Source of the DNA: Candidatus Micrarchaeota archaeon
GTDB lineage: Archaea > Micrarchaeota > Micrarchaeia > Norongarragalinales > SBBD01
Assembly (NCBI GenBank): GCA_018819225.1
Contig: JAHJQN010000001.1
Location: forward strand, 70,527-134,526
DNA length: 64,000 nucleotides
Direction of reading: 5' to 3'
Each line of letters starts with the position of its first letter. The first letter of the stretch is position 1. The translations under genes and the position numbers were made by a program. Below the pieces are notes generated by a model. That model had not been told where the DNA came from. It did no database searches and saw only the letters and a program-made list of their open reading frames with translations. Shown here piece by piece: positions 25,001-33,996 of this stretch.

Positions 25001-26981
25001 AGACACGGCCGTGCTTCCGGACGGCCATGGTGGCCTGAAAGAATACGCGGTAAAAGAAATGCATAGCCTGCGCATCTCGCGTTCCAGTCGGTTATTGTTT
25101 GAGAAAAACGTTGGTTTCATGAACGAATCCTATAAGTCGGCGGCGCTTCACGAATTGAATGAGCGCGTTTCAACATATGAAGATGCGCCTTTCGATTACG
25201 TGGAACGGTTGGAGTATGTCGGGGAAAAAGAAGTTTTCGACTTGACCGAACCGTTGACGAGCTCGTTCATTGCCAATGGGCTTAGCGTGCACAATTGCAG
25301 CGAGTACATGTTCATTGATGACACCGCATGCAATCTCGCCTCGCTCAACTTGATGAAGTTCCGGTTGCCGAACGGAACCTTTAATGTGGAGGCGTACCAG
25401 CGGGCCATTGAAGTCATGATTACGGCAATGGAAATCATTGTGGGAAGCGCATCGTATCCTACGGAAGCGATTGGCGAACGCAGCGAACAGTATCGAACGC
25501 TGGGATTGGGGTACGCGAACTTGGGCGCGTTGTTGATGAGCAACGGCTTGGCGTACGATTCGGAGGAAGGACGGAATTTCTCTGCAGCGGTTACCGCGTT
25601 ATTGTCGGGACACGCGTACGCGACGTCCGCGAAACTGGCGGCGCGGAAAGGAACGTTTGAACGGTATCCCGAGAACAAGGAACCGATGTTGGATGTCATG
25701 GATATGCACCGGAAGGCCGCGAACGCGATTCCCGAGAAAGGCGTGGCGTCGGATCTCATGAACGCCGCTCGAAAATCCTGGGATGCAGCGTATGAAAAAG
25801 GGGAAACGCATGGTTTCAGGAACGCGCAGATTTCAGTGCTGGCTCCCACGGGAACCATTGGTTTTCTCATGGACTGCGATACCACGGGCGTCGAACCCGA
25901 TATTGCATTGGTGAAGTACAAGTGGTTGGTGGGAGGCGGCATGATGAAGATCGTGAACCAGACCGTGCCCGAGGCCTTGAAGCGATTGGGTTACAGCGAA
26001 CCCGAACGAAAAGAAATACTGCAGTTTTTGGAGAAGAACGATACGATTGAAGGCGCCCCGCACTTGAAAGAAGAGCACTTATCCGTATTTGATTGTGCGT
26101 TCAGGCCCAAGAAGGGAAAGCGCAGCATTGACGCGATGGGGCACATTAAAATGATGGGCGCGGTTCAGCCGTTCATTTCAGGGGCGATCAGTAAAACAGT
26201 GAACGTGCCCGAGGAAATCACGACGGAAGAAATCTCGGGCATGTACATGGAAGCGTGGAAGCTGGGAGTGAAAGCCATTGCCATTTACCGGGATGGAAGC
26301 AAGCGCACGCAACCGTTAACCACTCAAAAATCAGGGGCCCAAAAAGAAAAACCGTTATTCAAGCCCGTTCGAAGGCGATTGTTGGATGAACGCCAGAGCA
26401 TCACGCACAAGTTCTCGGTCAACAACTACGAAGGCTATTTGACCGTCGGGCTGTACGAGGATGGAAACCCGGGAGAAATCTTTATCACGATGAGCAAGGA
26501 AGGGAGTACGATTTCCGGATTGACGGATGCGTTCGCAACGAGCGTGAGCATGGCCCTGCAGTACGGGGTTCCGTTGCGCGTGCTCACCACCAAGTTTTTG
26601 AACAGCCGGTTTGAACCCTCGGGGTTCACGCACCATAAAGACATCAAGACGGCGAGCAGTATCGTCGACTATATTTTCCGTTGGCTGGCGCTCAAGTTCT
26701 TGTCCGACAACGATTTACAGGATTTGAACATGAAACGGCCAACAATAGAAAACGCGGAAACGCCGCCGACGAGGGGATTACCGGTCACGGAAGACGCGCG
26801 CATGCAACCGAAAGAGGATTCGCAGGTCACGTTTAACGCGCCATCCGTTGAAGGGGATGAGAAAGTGTCGTTTGGCGTGGACATGGACGCGCCTCCGTGC
26901 AGGGAATGCGGCTCGTTGATGGTACGGAACGGCAGTTGCTTCAAGTGTTTTAACTGCGGGAGCACGAGCGGTTGCTCTTAA
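22044..26981 (+). CDS. nrdJ: Adenosylcobalamin-dependent (class II) ribonucleotide reductase with two inteins
   Basis: FNSPVWFN, PQCSA|CF, GGKTRRAAKM, SNP|CSE, ACNLASLN and APTGTI motifs; C-terminal TSCPD-like region and CxxC...CxxC ribbon. ATG at 22044 follows the SD (track start 22035). Confidence 0.97.
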   Translation: MKQPTARAQTLSANEPVFQRYFTEKGLNPFDAIEWEKRNATISDARGNVIFNQDQVEIPKAWSQTACNIAVSKYFRGRLGTPERETSARDMVGRVAQTIAGWGSNNGYFRSTEEAETFEHELAYLLVNQYAAFNSPVWFNVGVEKKPQCSACQPYNALVNTVRGFVPIGEIVEKNEIGLPVFDGEGLTQVVAVKNNGRKPVYRIRLNDGFFIEATGDHVVCAHAVRRTQSMEWKRVDQLKAGMHMRVYPRATAVSLPATERQVAEAALAGWLQADGFVGQYETGTNQSLTLEFMTVNSSEYRWIVTHLDTVFPNIHRKTREFKTKNEQLEGKRIRLYGEALRPFAEKYELLKRGHAMRAPSIMWTAPKEAVAAYLKSIFQSEGYATMHGKSAHLAISMISQQLVEDAQLLLTRLGVYSRVRKKLEARPDRRNLFELDISVHSEREKFLQEVGFVDSHKNGLLSQSVMLQGTDCPDIRYSEIVSIEPLGEMEVYDIQTQSGRYLSNSALVHNCFINSVKDDMRSILQLAVTEGMLFKYGSGTGTNLSVLRSSREHLSFSSGKASGPVSFMKGFDTFAGVIRSGGKTRRAAKMVILNVDHPDIAEFINSKPAEEKKAWVLMDAGYDGAVDGEAYGSVFFQNANHSVRATDAFMHAVVEDKEWVTKAVTNGKPMDTYKAREVMRMISEATYVCGDPGMQFDTTINRWHTCKNSERINASNPCVTGDTKVLTRDGRWKRIDQLVGEETELITNVGELASGYTKGSFKTGTKPVYKLETRSGYEVQLTGDHKVYTANRSFVPAAELSKDDVLCLPSHEVSQINEIPEEEARFHQLIGLYMGDGCGSGNTVQLTMDKERDTEVLETMAEYVTHHFVKQTHTTQAIQVQKTATSAKLNIVSHSAVGRISKYVDLTQESHEKTISQAVFGLSLSEARYVLQGLFTADGTVANYGDKSQYVALDSTSLQLLKDVQVLLTGFGIKSKIYPNRRAGKDTAVLPDGHGGLKEYAVKEMHSLRISRSSRLLFEKNVGFMNESYKSAALHELNERVSTYEDAPFDYVERLEYVGEKEVFDLTEPLTSSFIANGLSVHNCSEYMFIDDTACNLASLNLMKFRLPNGTFNVEAYQRAIEVMITAMEIIVGSASYPTEAIGERSEQYRTLGLGYANLGALLMSNGLAYDSEEGRNFSAAVTALLSGHAYATSAKLAARKGTFERYPENKEPMLDVMDMHRKAANAIPEKGVASDLMNAARKSWDAAYEKGETHGFRNAQISVLAPTGTIGFLMDCDTTGVEPDIALVKYKWLVGGGMMKIVNQTVPEALKRLGYSEPERKEILQFLEKNDTIEGAPHLKEEHLSVFDCAFRPKKGKRSIDAMGHIKMMGAVQPFISGAISKTVNVPEEITTEEISGMYMEAWKLGVKAIAIYRDGSKRTQPLTTQKSGAQKEKPLFKPVRRRLLDERQSITHKFSVNNYEGYLTVGLYEDGNPGEIFITMSKEGSTISGLTDAFATSVSMALQYGVPLRVLTTKFLNSRFEPSGFTHHKDIKTASSIVDYIFRWLALKFLSDNDLQDLNMKRPTIENAETPPTRGLPVTEDARMQPKEDSQVTFNAPSVEGDEKVSFGVDMDAPPCRECGSLMVRNGSCFKCFNCGSTSGCS
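22497..23576 (+). mobile_element. Intein 1 in NrdJ (360 aa) with LAGLIDADG homing endonuclease
   Basis: Begins CQPYNALV, block B ATGDHVV, LAGWLQADG and LKSIFQSEG motifs, ends VYDIQT...LVHN followed by Cys. Removing it restores PQCSACF. Confidence 0.95.
24198..25295 (+). mobile_element. Intein 2 in NrdJ (366 aa) with LAGLIDADG homing endonuclease
   Basis: Begins CVTGDTKV, block B LTGDHKV, LIGLYMGDG and LQGLFTADG motifs, ends VFDLTE...SVHN followed by Cys. Removing it restores SNPCSE. Confidence 0.95.
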
Positions 26982-26992
26982 AAAAAAGAAAA

Positions 26993-27012
26993 AACGGGCG
27001 GTTTAGCCCGTT
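26993..27012. terminator. Hairpin plus A/T tract between convergent nrdJ and the next gene
   Basis: AACGGGC-GGTTTA-GCCCGTT preceded by a long A-run. Confidence 0.5.
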
Positions 27013-27455
27013 GCTTCAACGGTTGCGTCTTCGCTGGGAATGGGAAGCGATGCGTCACATTCATGCATGCCCTTCCGAAAACCGTGTCCGAATCCGCGGC
27101 CAAACCCCTTCTGGAAGCCCGTTCCATGCTGGAGGTCTTCTGGCAAGGCATCGCGGAGCTGCGAACGAATCTCGTGCGCGGTCTCGAAATCACCCGCCGC
27201 CATTGCGGCATGGGCTTCCTGCATGAGAGCAAACGACGCTTCATCCATATGCTCCATCATCTGCGGAAATCCGTTCTCCTCGTAAAACTGTTTCGCGGTC
27301 TCGTAGTCCCCCGAACCCATGATTTCGCGAAACGCGTCACGAAGACTCGAGTCGATTCCCGGCCGATCGGTATCCGTGGGATGTGCGGCGACATACCCTG
27401 CGACGCTCAAAAGGCCTACTACGGCGAGCCCGCCGAAAGCCAACCATTGATTCAT
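27003..27455 (-). CDS. Secreted Met/His/Gly-rich helical protein
   Basis: Signal-peptide-like MNQWLAFGGLAVVGLLSVAGYVAA; duplicated GD(Y/F)ETA motif; GF-repeat tail; GAGGTGG SD. Confidence 0.75.
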   Translation of the reverse strand: MNQWLAFGGLAVVGLLSVAGYVAAHPTDTDRPGIDSSLRDAFREIMGSGDYETAKQFYEENGFPQMMEHMDEASFALMQEAHAAMAAGDFETAHEIRSQLRDALPEDLQHGTGFQKGFGRGFGHGFRKGMHECDASLPIPSEDATVEATG

Positions 27456-27542
27456 TTCAATACCACCTCGCAAGGGCTTTCAGCGAATTTCGAATATATG
27501 GTTTTTCCGAAATCATACCCAAATTACCCCCGTGTTGCTTCG

Positions 27543-27974
27543 TTATTGAGTGCTAATCTTGGCCAGCACGAACAAGGCAATGGAAGAAAACACCATGGGA
27601 ATGACGGAGGTGACGCCCATTCCGCCGTGCACGCCGAACCATAAATGGACGAGGGGATTCGAGGTCAGTGCGAAGAGGAGGAAGGCCATCAAAAAAAGCA
27701 GCAACCCTCCCGTGAAAGCCGCTCGGAGCTCGAAATAATCTTTCGCGTAAATATAGAAGAGGTACACCACGAGCAGAATGTTGACGGTCGACAATATGGC
27801 TTGGAACGTGATGACGTTCATGGTAAAGTCCGACATGAACGGCATGCCTCTCCGCGGAATAAGGAGGGAGGAAAAGTAAAGCAGCAGGAGGGATAACGCG
27901 AATACGCCGATGGTCGCGCCAACGGCTTTTCCCTCGTTTCCATTCCCGTTTTTCTTCAAACGTTTTTTCTTCAT
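27543..27974 (-). CDS. Four-TM membrane protein
   Basis: Four hydrophobic segments; start overlaps the stop of the upstream regulator gene. Confidence 0.8.
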   Translation of the reverse strand: MKKKRLKKNGNGNEGKAVGATIGVFALSLLLLYFSSLLIPRRGMPFMSDFTMNVITFQAILSTVNILLVVYLFYIYAKDYFELRAAFTGGLLLFLMAFLLFALTSNPLVHLWFGVHGGMGVTSVIPMVFSSIALFVLAKISTQ

Positions 27975-28255
27975 GTCGATCGCCTCTTAAGTTTTTCAAT
28001 AAAGGAGTTTTTTGCGCTGTATTCTTCGCTGACGAAATAGGTTTTTCCGTATCCTCGACCCTGCAATTCCACCAAACCGTTTTCGTACAAGAGCTTGAGG
28101 TGGTGTTGCACCGTCTTATAATCGAGTTGCGTATCCAAAGCAAGCTTGCGCGCGTTCTTGGGGGCATGAGACAACGAAGCGAGTAGCCTGAGCCGCGTGG
28201 GACCTCCTTTCGTCGCGGTCAATAACCAATAAAATAATCGTTCACGCGCGTCCAT
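27971..28255 (-). CDS. ArsR-like winged-helix transcription regulator
   Basis: WLLTATKGGPTRLRLL...NARKLA...LDYKTVQHHLKLL..NGLV...YGKTY pattern of archaeal ArsR/HTH_20 proteins. Confidence 0.88.
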   Translation of the reverse strand: MDARERLFYWLLTATKGGPTRLRLLASLSHAPKNARKLALDTQLDYKTVQHHLKLLYENGLVELQGRGYGKTYFVSEEYSAKNSFIEKLKRRST

Positions 28256-28266
28256 GGAATTCCCCG

Positions 28267-28818
28267 TTAGGGTCCCGTATCGTGCATCCACTCCTCTTCC
28301 GCATGCTCGTTTTCCGAGTTGGCCTGTCGCGCCATGACGAACAAGAAATCGGAAATGCGGTTGAGAAACGGAAGGAGGTGAGGATTGAGGACTTCTTTTT
28401 CAGATAGAATCACCACGGCTCGTTCGGCTCGGCGGCTGACGCTGCGCGCGTGATGCAATGCAGCGGCCTGCAATGATCCTCCGGGAAGAATGAAGTGCTT
28501 GAGAGGCGGCAATGCTTTCTCTAATGCATCGATTTCTTTCTCCAATTCCATGGCATCGTTCGCCGTCATGCGTTTCATGCGCTTAGGGATTTGAAACGGA
28601 GTCGCCAGATCCGCTCCGGCAACAAATAATTTCTTCTGCAGTTTATGAAGGGCCGAATTCTTCTTGAAACGGGGATTCAACGCACGGGCGAATCCAATCG
28701 TCGAATTCAATTCATCGATGCTGCCAATGGCGTTGATGCGTACCGAACTTTTCGGAATGCGCTTGCCCCCGAATAAAGCGGTCTGACCCGTGTCGCCTTG
28801 GCGCGTATAGATTGCCAT
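28267..28818 (-). CDS. pduO: ATP:cob(I)alamin adenosyltransferase, PduO type
   Basis: IYTRQGDTGQT, GSIDELNS, FILPGG, ARSVSRRAER and LNRISDFLF motifs. Start at MAIYTR. Confidence 0.95.
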   Translation of the reverse strand: MAIYTRQGDTGQTALFGGKRIPKSSVRINAIGSIDELNSTIGFARALNPRFKKNSALHKLQKKLFVAGADLATPFQIPKRMKRMTANDAMELEKEIDALEKALPPLKHFILPGGSLQAAALHHARSVSRRAERAVVILSEKEVLNPHLLPFLNRISDFLFVMARQANSENEHAEEEWMHDTGP

Positions 28819-28880
28819 ACCCCCTTTTTCCTCGTACGATAACACGGCGCTCGGGTTATAATAAGTTGCGTTGCTTCCGC

Positions 28881-31800
28881 TCATTTCTTGCGCCGGTTGC
28901 GTTCAAACAAGAAGATCGCGGCCGCAACGGTGATGGATCCCGCGAGAAGAACCGTCGTAGTCCACCAACGGAATGCGGCTTGTTCCGCGCGCTGTTTCTC
29001 CAGTTCAAGGGATTCCGCCCCAGAAAGCGGAACGCGTCCGGTAATGGCCTGGTAAGGAAGCTTGTTCTTGGGAGCCATCAGCGGGCTACCCCCACCGGTT
29101 CCGCGTCGGATAGTCAAAGAGAACGGGTTAACCGCAAACGCCGTGTTGCCATAAACATCTTCCGCTAAACAATTCCAGTCATAATCTCCTTCACTTAAAT
29201 CGATGTGGAATTGCGCTTGCGCATTCGTTCCGGAAACGCTTTGAGCCGCCACTTCCTCAAAACCATTTCCGGATATTTCTCGGAAAACGATTTTGTGGAC
29301 GCGGCAATGGCTTCCGGATGCGCCTTCAATGCAATACAAATCGAACACGTCGCCTGCTGCAATAGAAATATCAGAAAAGGTTTGCATTGCGGCTTCGTCA
29401 TTTGGATTATTTCCGTCGGTTGTAAATCGAGCCACTTCCACATGGTTGATAAGTAACAAATAGGTGTCGCCGTCTCCGTCATCGTATTCATCCGCGTAGT
29501 AAACATCGAGATCGTACGTATTCGTTGCGTAGCTGAAGGGATTAATGGACAAGTAGCAGATCTCTCCGGAATCGTAATCGCAATAGCTGGAATGACGGGC
29601 GCAACTCGAGTAACCGGCCATGTTGCACGGTACCTCGTCCACAATACCCGTGGATGGAACTTTTTGCATGTCGACTCCGTAAACCTCGAATTCAGGCAAG
29701 GGATATCCTGGACCCCAATTGGGCGGCATGACTCGGTCAGATCCCATGTACAAAGCGATTTCGCGCAACCCCGAATCATCGAACGCGCTGCATACAAATC
29801 GCGTGTTTCCAGTCGGGAGACTCGCTCCGTTGAGAGGGGTTTCGAGCGTGACAGCAGGAGAACCGGATTCCGTGCACGCGCCAATACAGCATTCTCCGAC
29901 GGCGCAATACCCTTCAGGTTCCAAAGAGCAGACTTCGTAAAGGGTACAGTCATCTCGACAATGGCCTCCCAGGTCTTCGCACGGAATATCGGATCCGATG
30001 CCTTCGCACGCGACCGCGCAACATCGATCCGTGTCGCCTGCGGGAATCCATTGCCCGCCGGGACAGGTTTCATCCAAACTGCATTCATAACCATCTTGTT
30101 CAGCGCACGTGGGAAGCGCGTCTCCAGAGATCACGAACGTGCCGCCTCCAGTGGAACTGAATGAGAGGAGGTGCTCGTCTTCGGTTACAACGGCGTTGGT
30201 TTCAATGGCGTAGCCGTTTTGCGTCACAGCATATACTCCGGGTTCCAGATCAGCTGCATAATGTTGAAGAGACCCCGTTCCAGCAACCGAGTAAGAGAGG
30301 GTATTGGTTCGCCCGATTTTCGGAGTAATTAAGACGCGGGTTCCGAGTTTGGCACCAACCGCTTGCGGGGATTCCACTAACTCCGGGGTTACGGACGGAG
30401 TGGATTGCGCGGCATCGCTCGCTTCCAAGAACACGACGTAGTTCGCAAACGCTTGGTTGTCGACTACAAATTCAATGCGCCAGTCTCCTGCAGGGAAATA
30501 GCCTCCGCTTTCCTGTTGTCTAAATGCCGCTGAAGCCCCGTCACAGCTCGGCGGAGGATTGCCACCCGGATTGTAGTTGTTAATTTTAATGGGCATGAAA
30601 TTCGAACCCGCATAATTATCGTTCGCGTCCTCTACCCAAAACTCGTATGAAGGATTGTTGGGGGCATAACACGGATAGCCGGGGTCATGCGTTTGCTTCC
30701 ACGGATCCGCGTCTGCATTTTGACCGCCGATCTTTCGCGCGAGAACGTTGGAATGCGGGTAGAGTAATTCCCCGAACAATTTCGAGTTTTGTTGTTCCGC
30801 GAAAAAAGAGAAAGCGTTCGTTGAAGTGAAAATGCCTCCGACTCCCGGAATGCCTTCCTGCGTATTGAAGGAGCCTTGCGTGAATTGGGGCTCGAACGCC
30901 GTATGCAACAACCACTTCTTTTCGTAAGAGGGACTCACCGTATCCACGCGATCGATGATGAGGAATTGATCCGGTTGTATGAAGAAGAAGTGGCGGTACG
31001 CGCCTCCCTCGGCCCAATCCACTTTTTCCGGCAAGTACGCATGCGTCGCATTGCCTTGCGCGTACATCACTGCATTGTCGTAAAAATAGGAATTGATTTC
31101 GCCGCGGTAACCGGGTCCGATGCTGCCGGAGAAAGAGTTCGGCCAGCGCCGCTGCGCTTCCTCGGTATCGGAAACCGTTTCAAAACCCGCGTTGGGCATG
31201 GGATACGGAGTATTGTCGCCCCAATAATAGTAAGGCCGGTAAGTCCCAAAATCTTCGCCGGGCATCGTAATCGTCATGCCGTTGTGCGCCAGGTTGTTAC
31301 TGAACCAGACATCGTAGTGCGCTTGCTCTTCGCTGTTGCGCGTTCCCGTGTCTAAAGCGAGGGAATCGTCGCCGCGGTTGATGATGAAGCTGTTCGCGTG
31401 TTTGTGGCCGAGCACGATGTCGGGTACGAGAAAGAACGCGCCTTGAATCACTTCAGGATCTTGATAATTCCAGTTGCTTCGGAAAAAGATTTGGCCGTTG
31501 TTGAGAAACGCACTGGATAAAGGAAGGTCGTCGAGAGGAGCCGAGGGAAGTTGTTCGTTGTAGAAGAAGAGAAGCCACAAGTACTCGCCACTTCTGACCG
31601 TTGCATGGGATTCAAAATCAGCGACCATTTCGCTGGCCAGCGATTGAATGTACGGGTTTTGAGTGATTTGTGCCAGGTGGGCTATGAGAACGTGGCCACG
31701 GTATCCCGCGGTATTGTGCTCGCTGGGATTCTTGGAAAGACGGTAATCGAACCGCATTTTGTACGCGAGGAAGAGCGCGTGATTCTGTATGGCTCCGAAC

Positions 31801-32528
31801 GAATACCCCGCACTATCTCCTAGAGCGCTTTCAAACATTTGGGCTGTTGAAAGCACGTACTTGAATCGCGACCAAATGTAACCGTCCCACGCCCCGTCTG
31901 CAGCGAGTTCTTCCCAGGACGGCATGTGGTAATCGTAATAACGTTCTCGCGCGCAATCAAGATCTTCTGCGGCTTTAACATCATCAAAGCCTTCATTGTA
32001 AAGAGCGATGGAGACTTGGCGGGAGTTTTGTCCTTGACGGGGGAGCCACCGATAACCGCCCAGATCGCAGGGCTCGCCGCGCAAATGATCAGCCAAATAA
32101 TTTCCCAGACTTTCGCGCGTTGAAGAAGATAGTAAGTCGTAGCACCAATCAAACGCGTATGCCGGATAAGGATGCGAATAATCGTTATCTTCACCCCATG
32201 CACCCTGCGACCACGTCGCCATATGCTCGCATATCTCTGCGTTGTCGGTCAGCATCGCATAACCGGTATAAATAGTGGGTGCGTCCGAGGAAACCGTCAT
32301 TTGAGGATAATAGTAATTGACCCACGCTTCGAGTCGTTCAAAGTAATGCGCGTGAGAACCGAACTCGGGGCAGGCGCCATTGTTTTCCAAACCCGCCCGG
32401 CACTTCGCCCACGCGAGGTCATCGGAGTTGATCAGCAGGCGGGGATGGTCGGATCGAACCGTATAAGCGTAGGAAGAGGCACTCAATAAAAGCAGAAACA
32501 GACCCACTCCGTTCAGCGCCACGCGCAT
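28881..32528 (-). CDS. Secreted, C-terminally anchored heparinase II/III-like polysaccharide lyase with accessory domains
   Basis: Signal peptide; DHPRLL start of a helical domain; FFRSNW, GHKHANSFII, AHN, IIDRV and KKWLLHT motifs; then a Cys-rich linker, Ig/CBM-like region, C-terminal TM and RNRRKK tail. Confidence 0.75.
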   Translation of the reverse strand: MRVALNGVGLFLLLLSASSYAYTVRSDHPRLLINSDDLAWAKCRAGLENNGACPEFGSHAHYFERLEAWVNYYYPQMTVSSDAPTIYTGYAMLTDNAEICEHMATWSQGAWGEDNDYSHPYPAYAFDWCYDLLSSSTRESLGNYLADHLRGEPCDLGGYRWLPRQGQNSRQVSIALYNEGFDDVKAAEDLDCARERYYDYHMPSWEELAADGAWDGYIWSRFKYVLSTAQMFESALGDSAGYSFGAIQNHALFLAYKMRFDYRLSKNPSEHNTAGYRGHVLIAHLAQITQNPYIQSLASEMVADFESHATVRSGEYLWLLFFYNEQLPSAPLDDLPLSSAFLNNGQIFFRSNWNYQDPEVIQGAFFLVPDIVLGHKHANSFIINRGDDSLALDTGTRNSEEQAHYDVWFSNNLAHNGMTITMPGEDFGTYRPYYYWGDNTPYPMPNAGFETVSDTEEAQRRWPNSFSGSIGPGYRGEINSYFYDNAVMYAQGNATHAYLPEKVDWAEGGAYRHFFFIQPDQFLIIDRVDTVSPSYEKKWLLHTAFEPQFTQGSFNTQEGIPGVGGIFTSTNAFSFFAEQQNSKLFGELLYPHSNVLARKIGGQNADADPWKQTHDPGYPCYAPNNPSYEFWVEDANDNYAGSNFMPIKINNYNPGGNPPPSCDGASAAFRQQESGGYFPAGDWRIEFVVDNQAFANYVVFLEASDAAQSTPSVTPELVESPQAVGAKLGTRVLITPKIGRTNTLSYSVAGTGSLQHYAADLEPGVYAVTQNGYAIETNAVVTEDEHLLSFSSTGGGTFVISGDALPTCAEQDGYECSLDETCPGGQWIPAGDTDRCCAVACEGIGSDIPCEDLGGHCRDDCTLYEVCSLEPEGYCAVGECCIGACTESGSPAVTLETPLNGASLPTGNTRFVCSAFDDSGLREIALYMGSDRVMPPNWGPGYPLPEFEVYGVDMQKVPSTGIVDEVPCNMAGYSSCARHSSYCDYDSGEICYLSINPFSYATNTYDLDVYYADEYDDGDGDTYLLLINHVEVARFTTDGNNPNDEAAMQTFSDISIAAGDVFDLYCIEGASGSHCRVHKIVFREISGNGFEEVAAQSVSGTNAQAQFHIDLSEGDYDWNCLAEDVYGNTAFAVNPFSLTIRRGTGGGSPLMAPKNKLPYQAITGRVPLSGAESLELEKQRAEQAAFRWWTTTVLLAGSITVAAAIFLFERNRRKK

Positions 32529-32589
32529 GTCACACCACCCAAAAAAAATTGCGGCAGAATTATTAAAAGGAGGAGTTGAACGCGCGATC

Positions 32590-33819
32590 TCACATGAACA
32601 GGAGCTTGAGATAGAACACGGGGGAAATCAAACTCGTTTTGCTTTCGCGATTCGCAATCATTCCCGAGATGGTTTCGCGCAATTCTTTGTTGCGGGCGGC
32701 TTTTCCAAGCACCCAATTCAGGAGGAAGCGGTTCTTGCCCAATCGTTGCAAACGGTGAGAGGTCTTGAGATCGCTGCCGATGCACTCCCACAGAGAATCC
32801 TCGTATTCCTTGAGAACGACTTCACAGAAATCGTTTTTCTCGAAGGCTTTCTCGATGGTTTTTGCGGCGTAACTCCCGGACGTCATGGCGTTACCGATTC
32901 CCTCGCCCGAAAACGGATCAATTAAGCTGGCCGCGTCTCCGACTAACAGGAAACCGTTGCCGTGGGCTTTGCGCCGGTAGCTCCCGAACGGCAAGTTCCA
33001 TCCCTTGATGTCGCCGATCATTTTTGCGTTCTTGAAGCGTTCCTTGAACACGGGATTTTTTTCGATGACGTCCATCATCGCCTGCTTCAAGTTCACGTTC
33101 CGCTTGCGGATATCAGAGGTCACCATTCCCACGCCCACGTTGGCTTCCCCATTGGAAAGCGGGAAAATCCAGAAGTAGCCCGGAATCAGTCCGTCCAAGA
33201 AATGAATTTCAATGTGTTGCGTGAGGCCGGAAATGCCGGAATAGTAGGCGCGCAAGGCACCGCAATGGTGTTCGGGAAGCAAGAGATTCAAGCCCAGTTT
33301 GGTCGCGACAACCGAAGTCGCTCCATCAGCCCCCACGACAATTTTGGCGCGTACCTCTTCTTCTTTCCCCGTATCCAAGTGCTTTCCTTTGACCCCCACT
33401 ACAAAACCATTTTCCCGAATGATGTCGGTGACTCGAAACCGTTCCCAGACTTCCGCAAATCTTTTCGCGTTTTGGAATAGCAGATTGTCGTAAATGAAGC
33501 GTCGGCAGATGTAGCCTTGCGGATGACCGTATTGCGACGGAAAATCAACGGATACGATCGTGCCTTTAGGAGACGAGAACGTGATGCCCCACACCTCTTC
33601 GTGAGGACTTTTTTCCACGATGTCGACTAAACCGAGTTCGCGCAACACGTTTCCGGATTTACCACTCACCGCATCGCCACAGGTTTTATCGCGCGGAAAC
33701 TGCGCCTTATCCACCAATAGTACTTTTTTTCCTTGCTTGCCCAGTAGTGCCGCTGTCGAAGACCCCCCGGGGCCTCCGCCAACCACCACGACGTCGAATG
33801 CGTTACTCAAACTCACCAT
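32590..33819 (-). CDS. Geranylgeranyl reductase-family FAD oxidoreductase
   Basis: DVVVVGGGPGG, FPRDKTCGDA, VGADGA, PGYFWIFP and LVGDAA..DPFSGEGI motifs. Confidence 0.93.
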   Translation of the reverse strand: MVSLSNAFDVVVVGGGPGGSSTAALLGKQGKKVLLVDKAQFPRDKTCGDAVSGKSGNVLRELGLVDIVEKSPHEEVWGITFSSPKGTIVSVDFPSQYGHPQGYICRRFIYDNLLFQNAKRFAEVWERFRVTDIIRENGFVVGVKGKHLDTGKEEEVRAKIVVGADGATSVVATKLGLNLLLPEHHCGALRAYYSGISGLTQHIEIHFLDGLIPGYFWIFPLSNGEANVGVGMVTSDIRKRNVNLKQAMMDVIEKNPVFKERFKNAKMIGDIKGWNLPFGSYRRKAHGNGFLLVGDAASLIDPFSGEGIGNAMTSGSYAAKTIEKAFEKNDFCEVVLKEYEDSLWECIGSDLKTSHRLQRLGKNRFLLNWVLGKAARNKELRETISGMIANRESKTSLISPVFYLKLLFM

Positions 33820-33996
33820 CTCCTCGCATGATTCACGGAAAAAAACGGTTCAGAATACGGCAAGAATTTCGGTTGCTCGAATTAAAAAGCGTTTCGTTAA
33901 ATCCGGGACTCGTTTATTGACGTATAGCACTTGACGGGAATCAACCACACCTATTTATTTCATGAGACCGAATAGTCATCTCAGGATGAAACGCAA

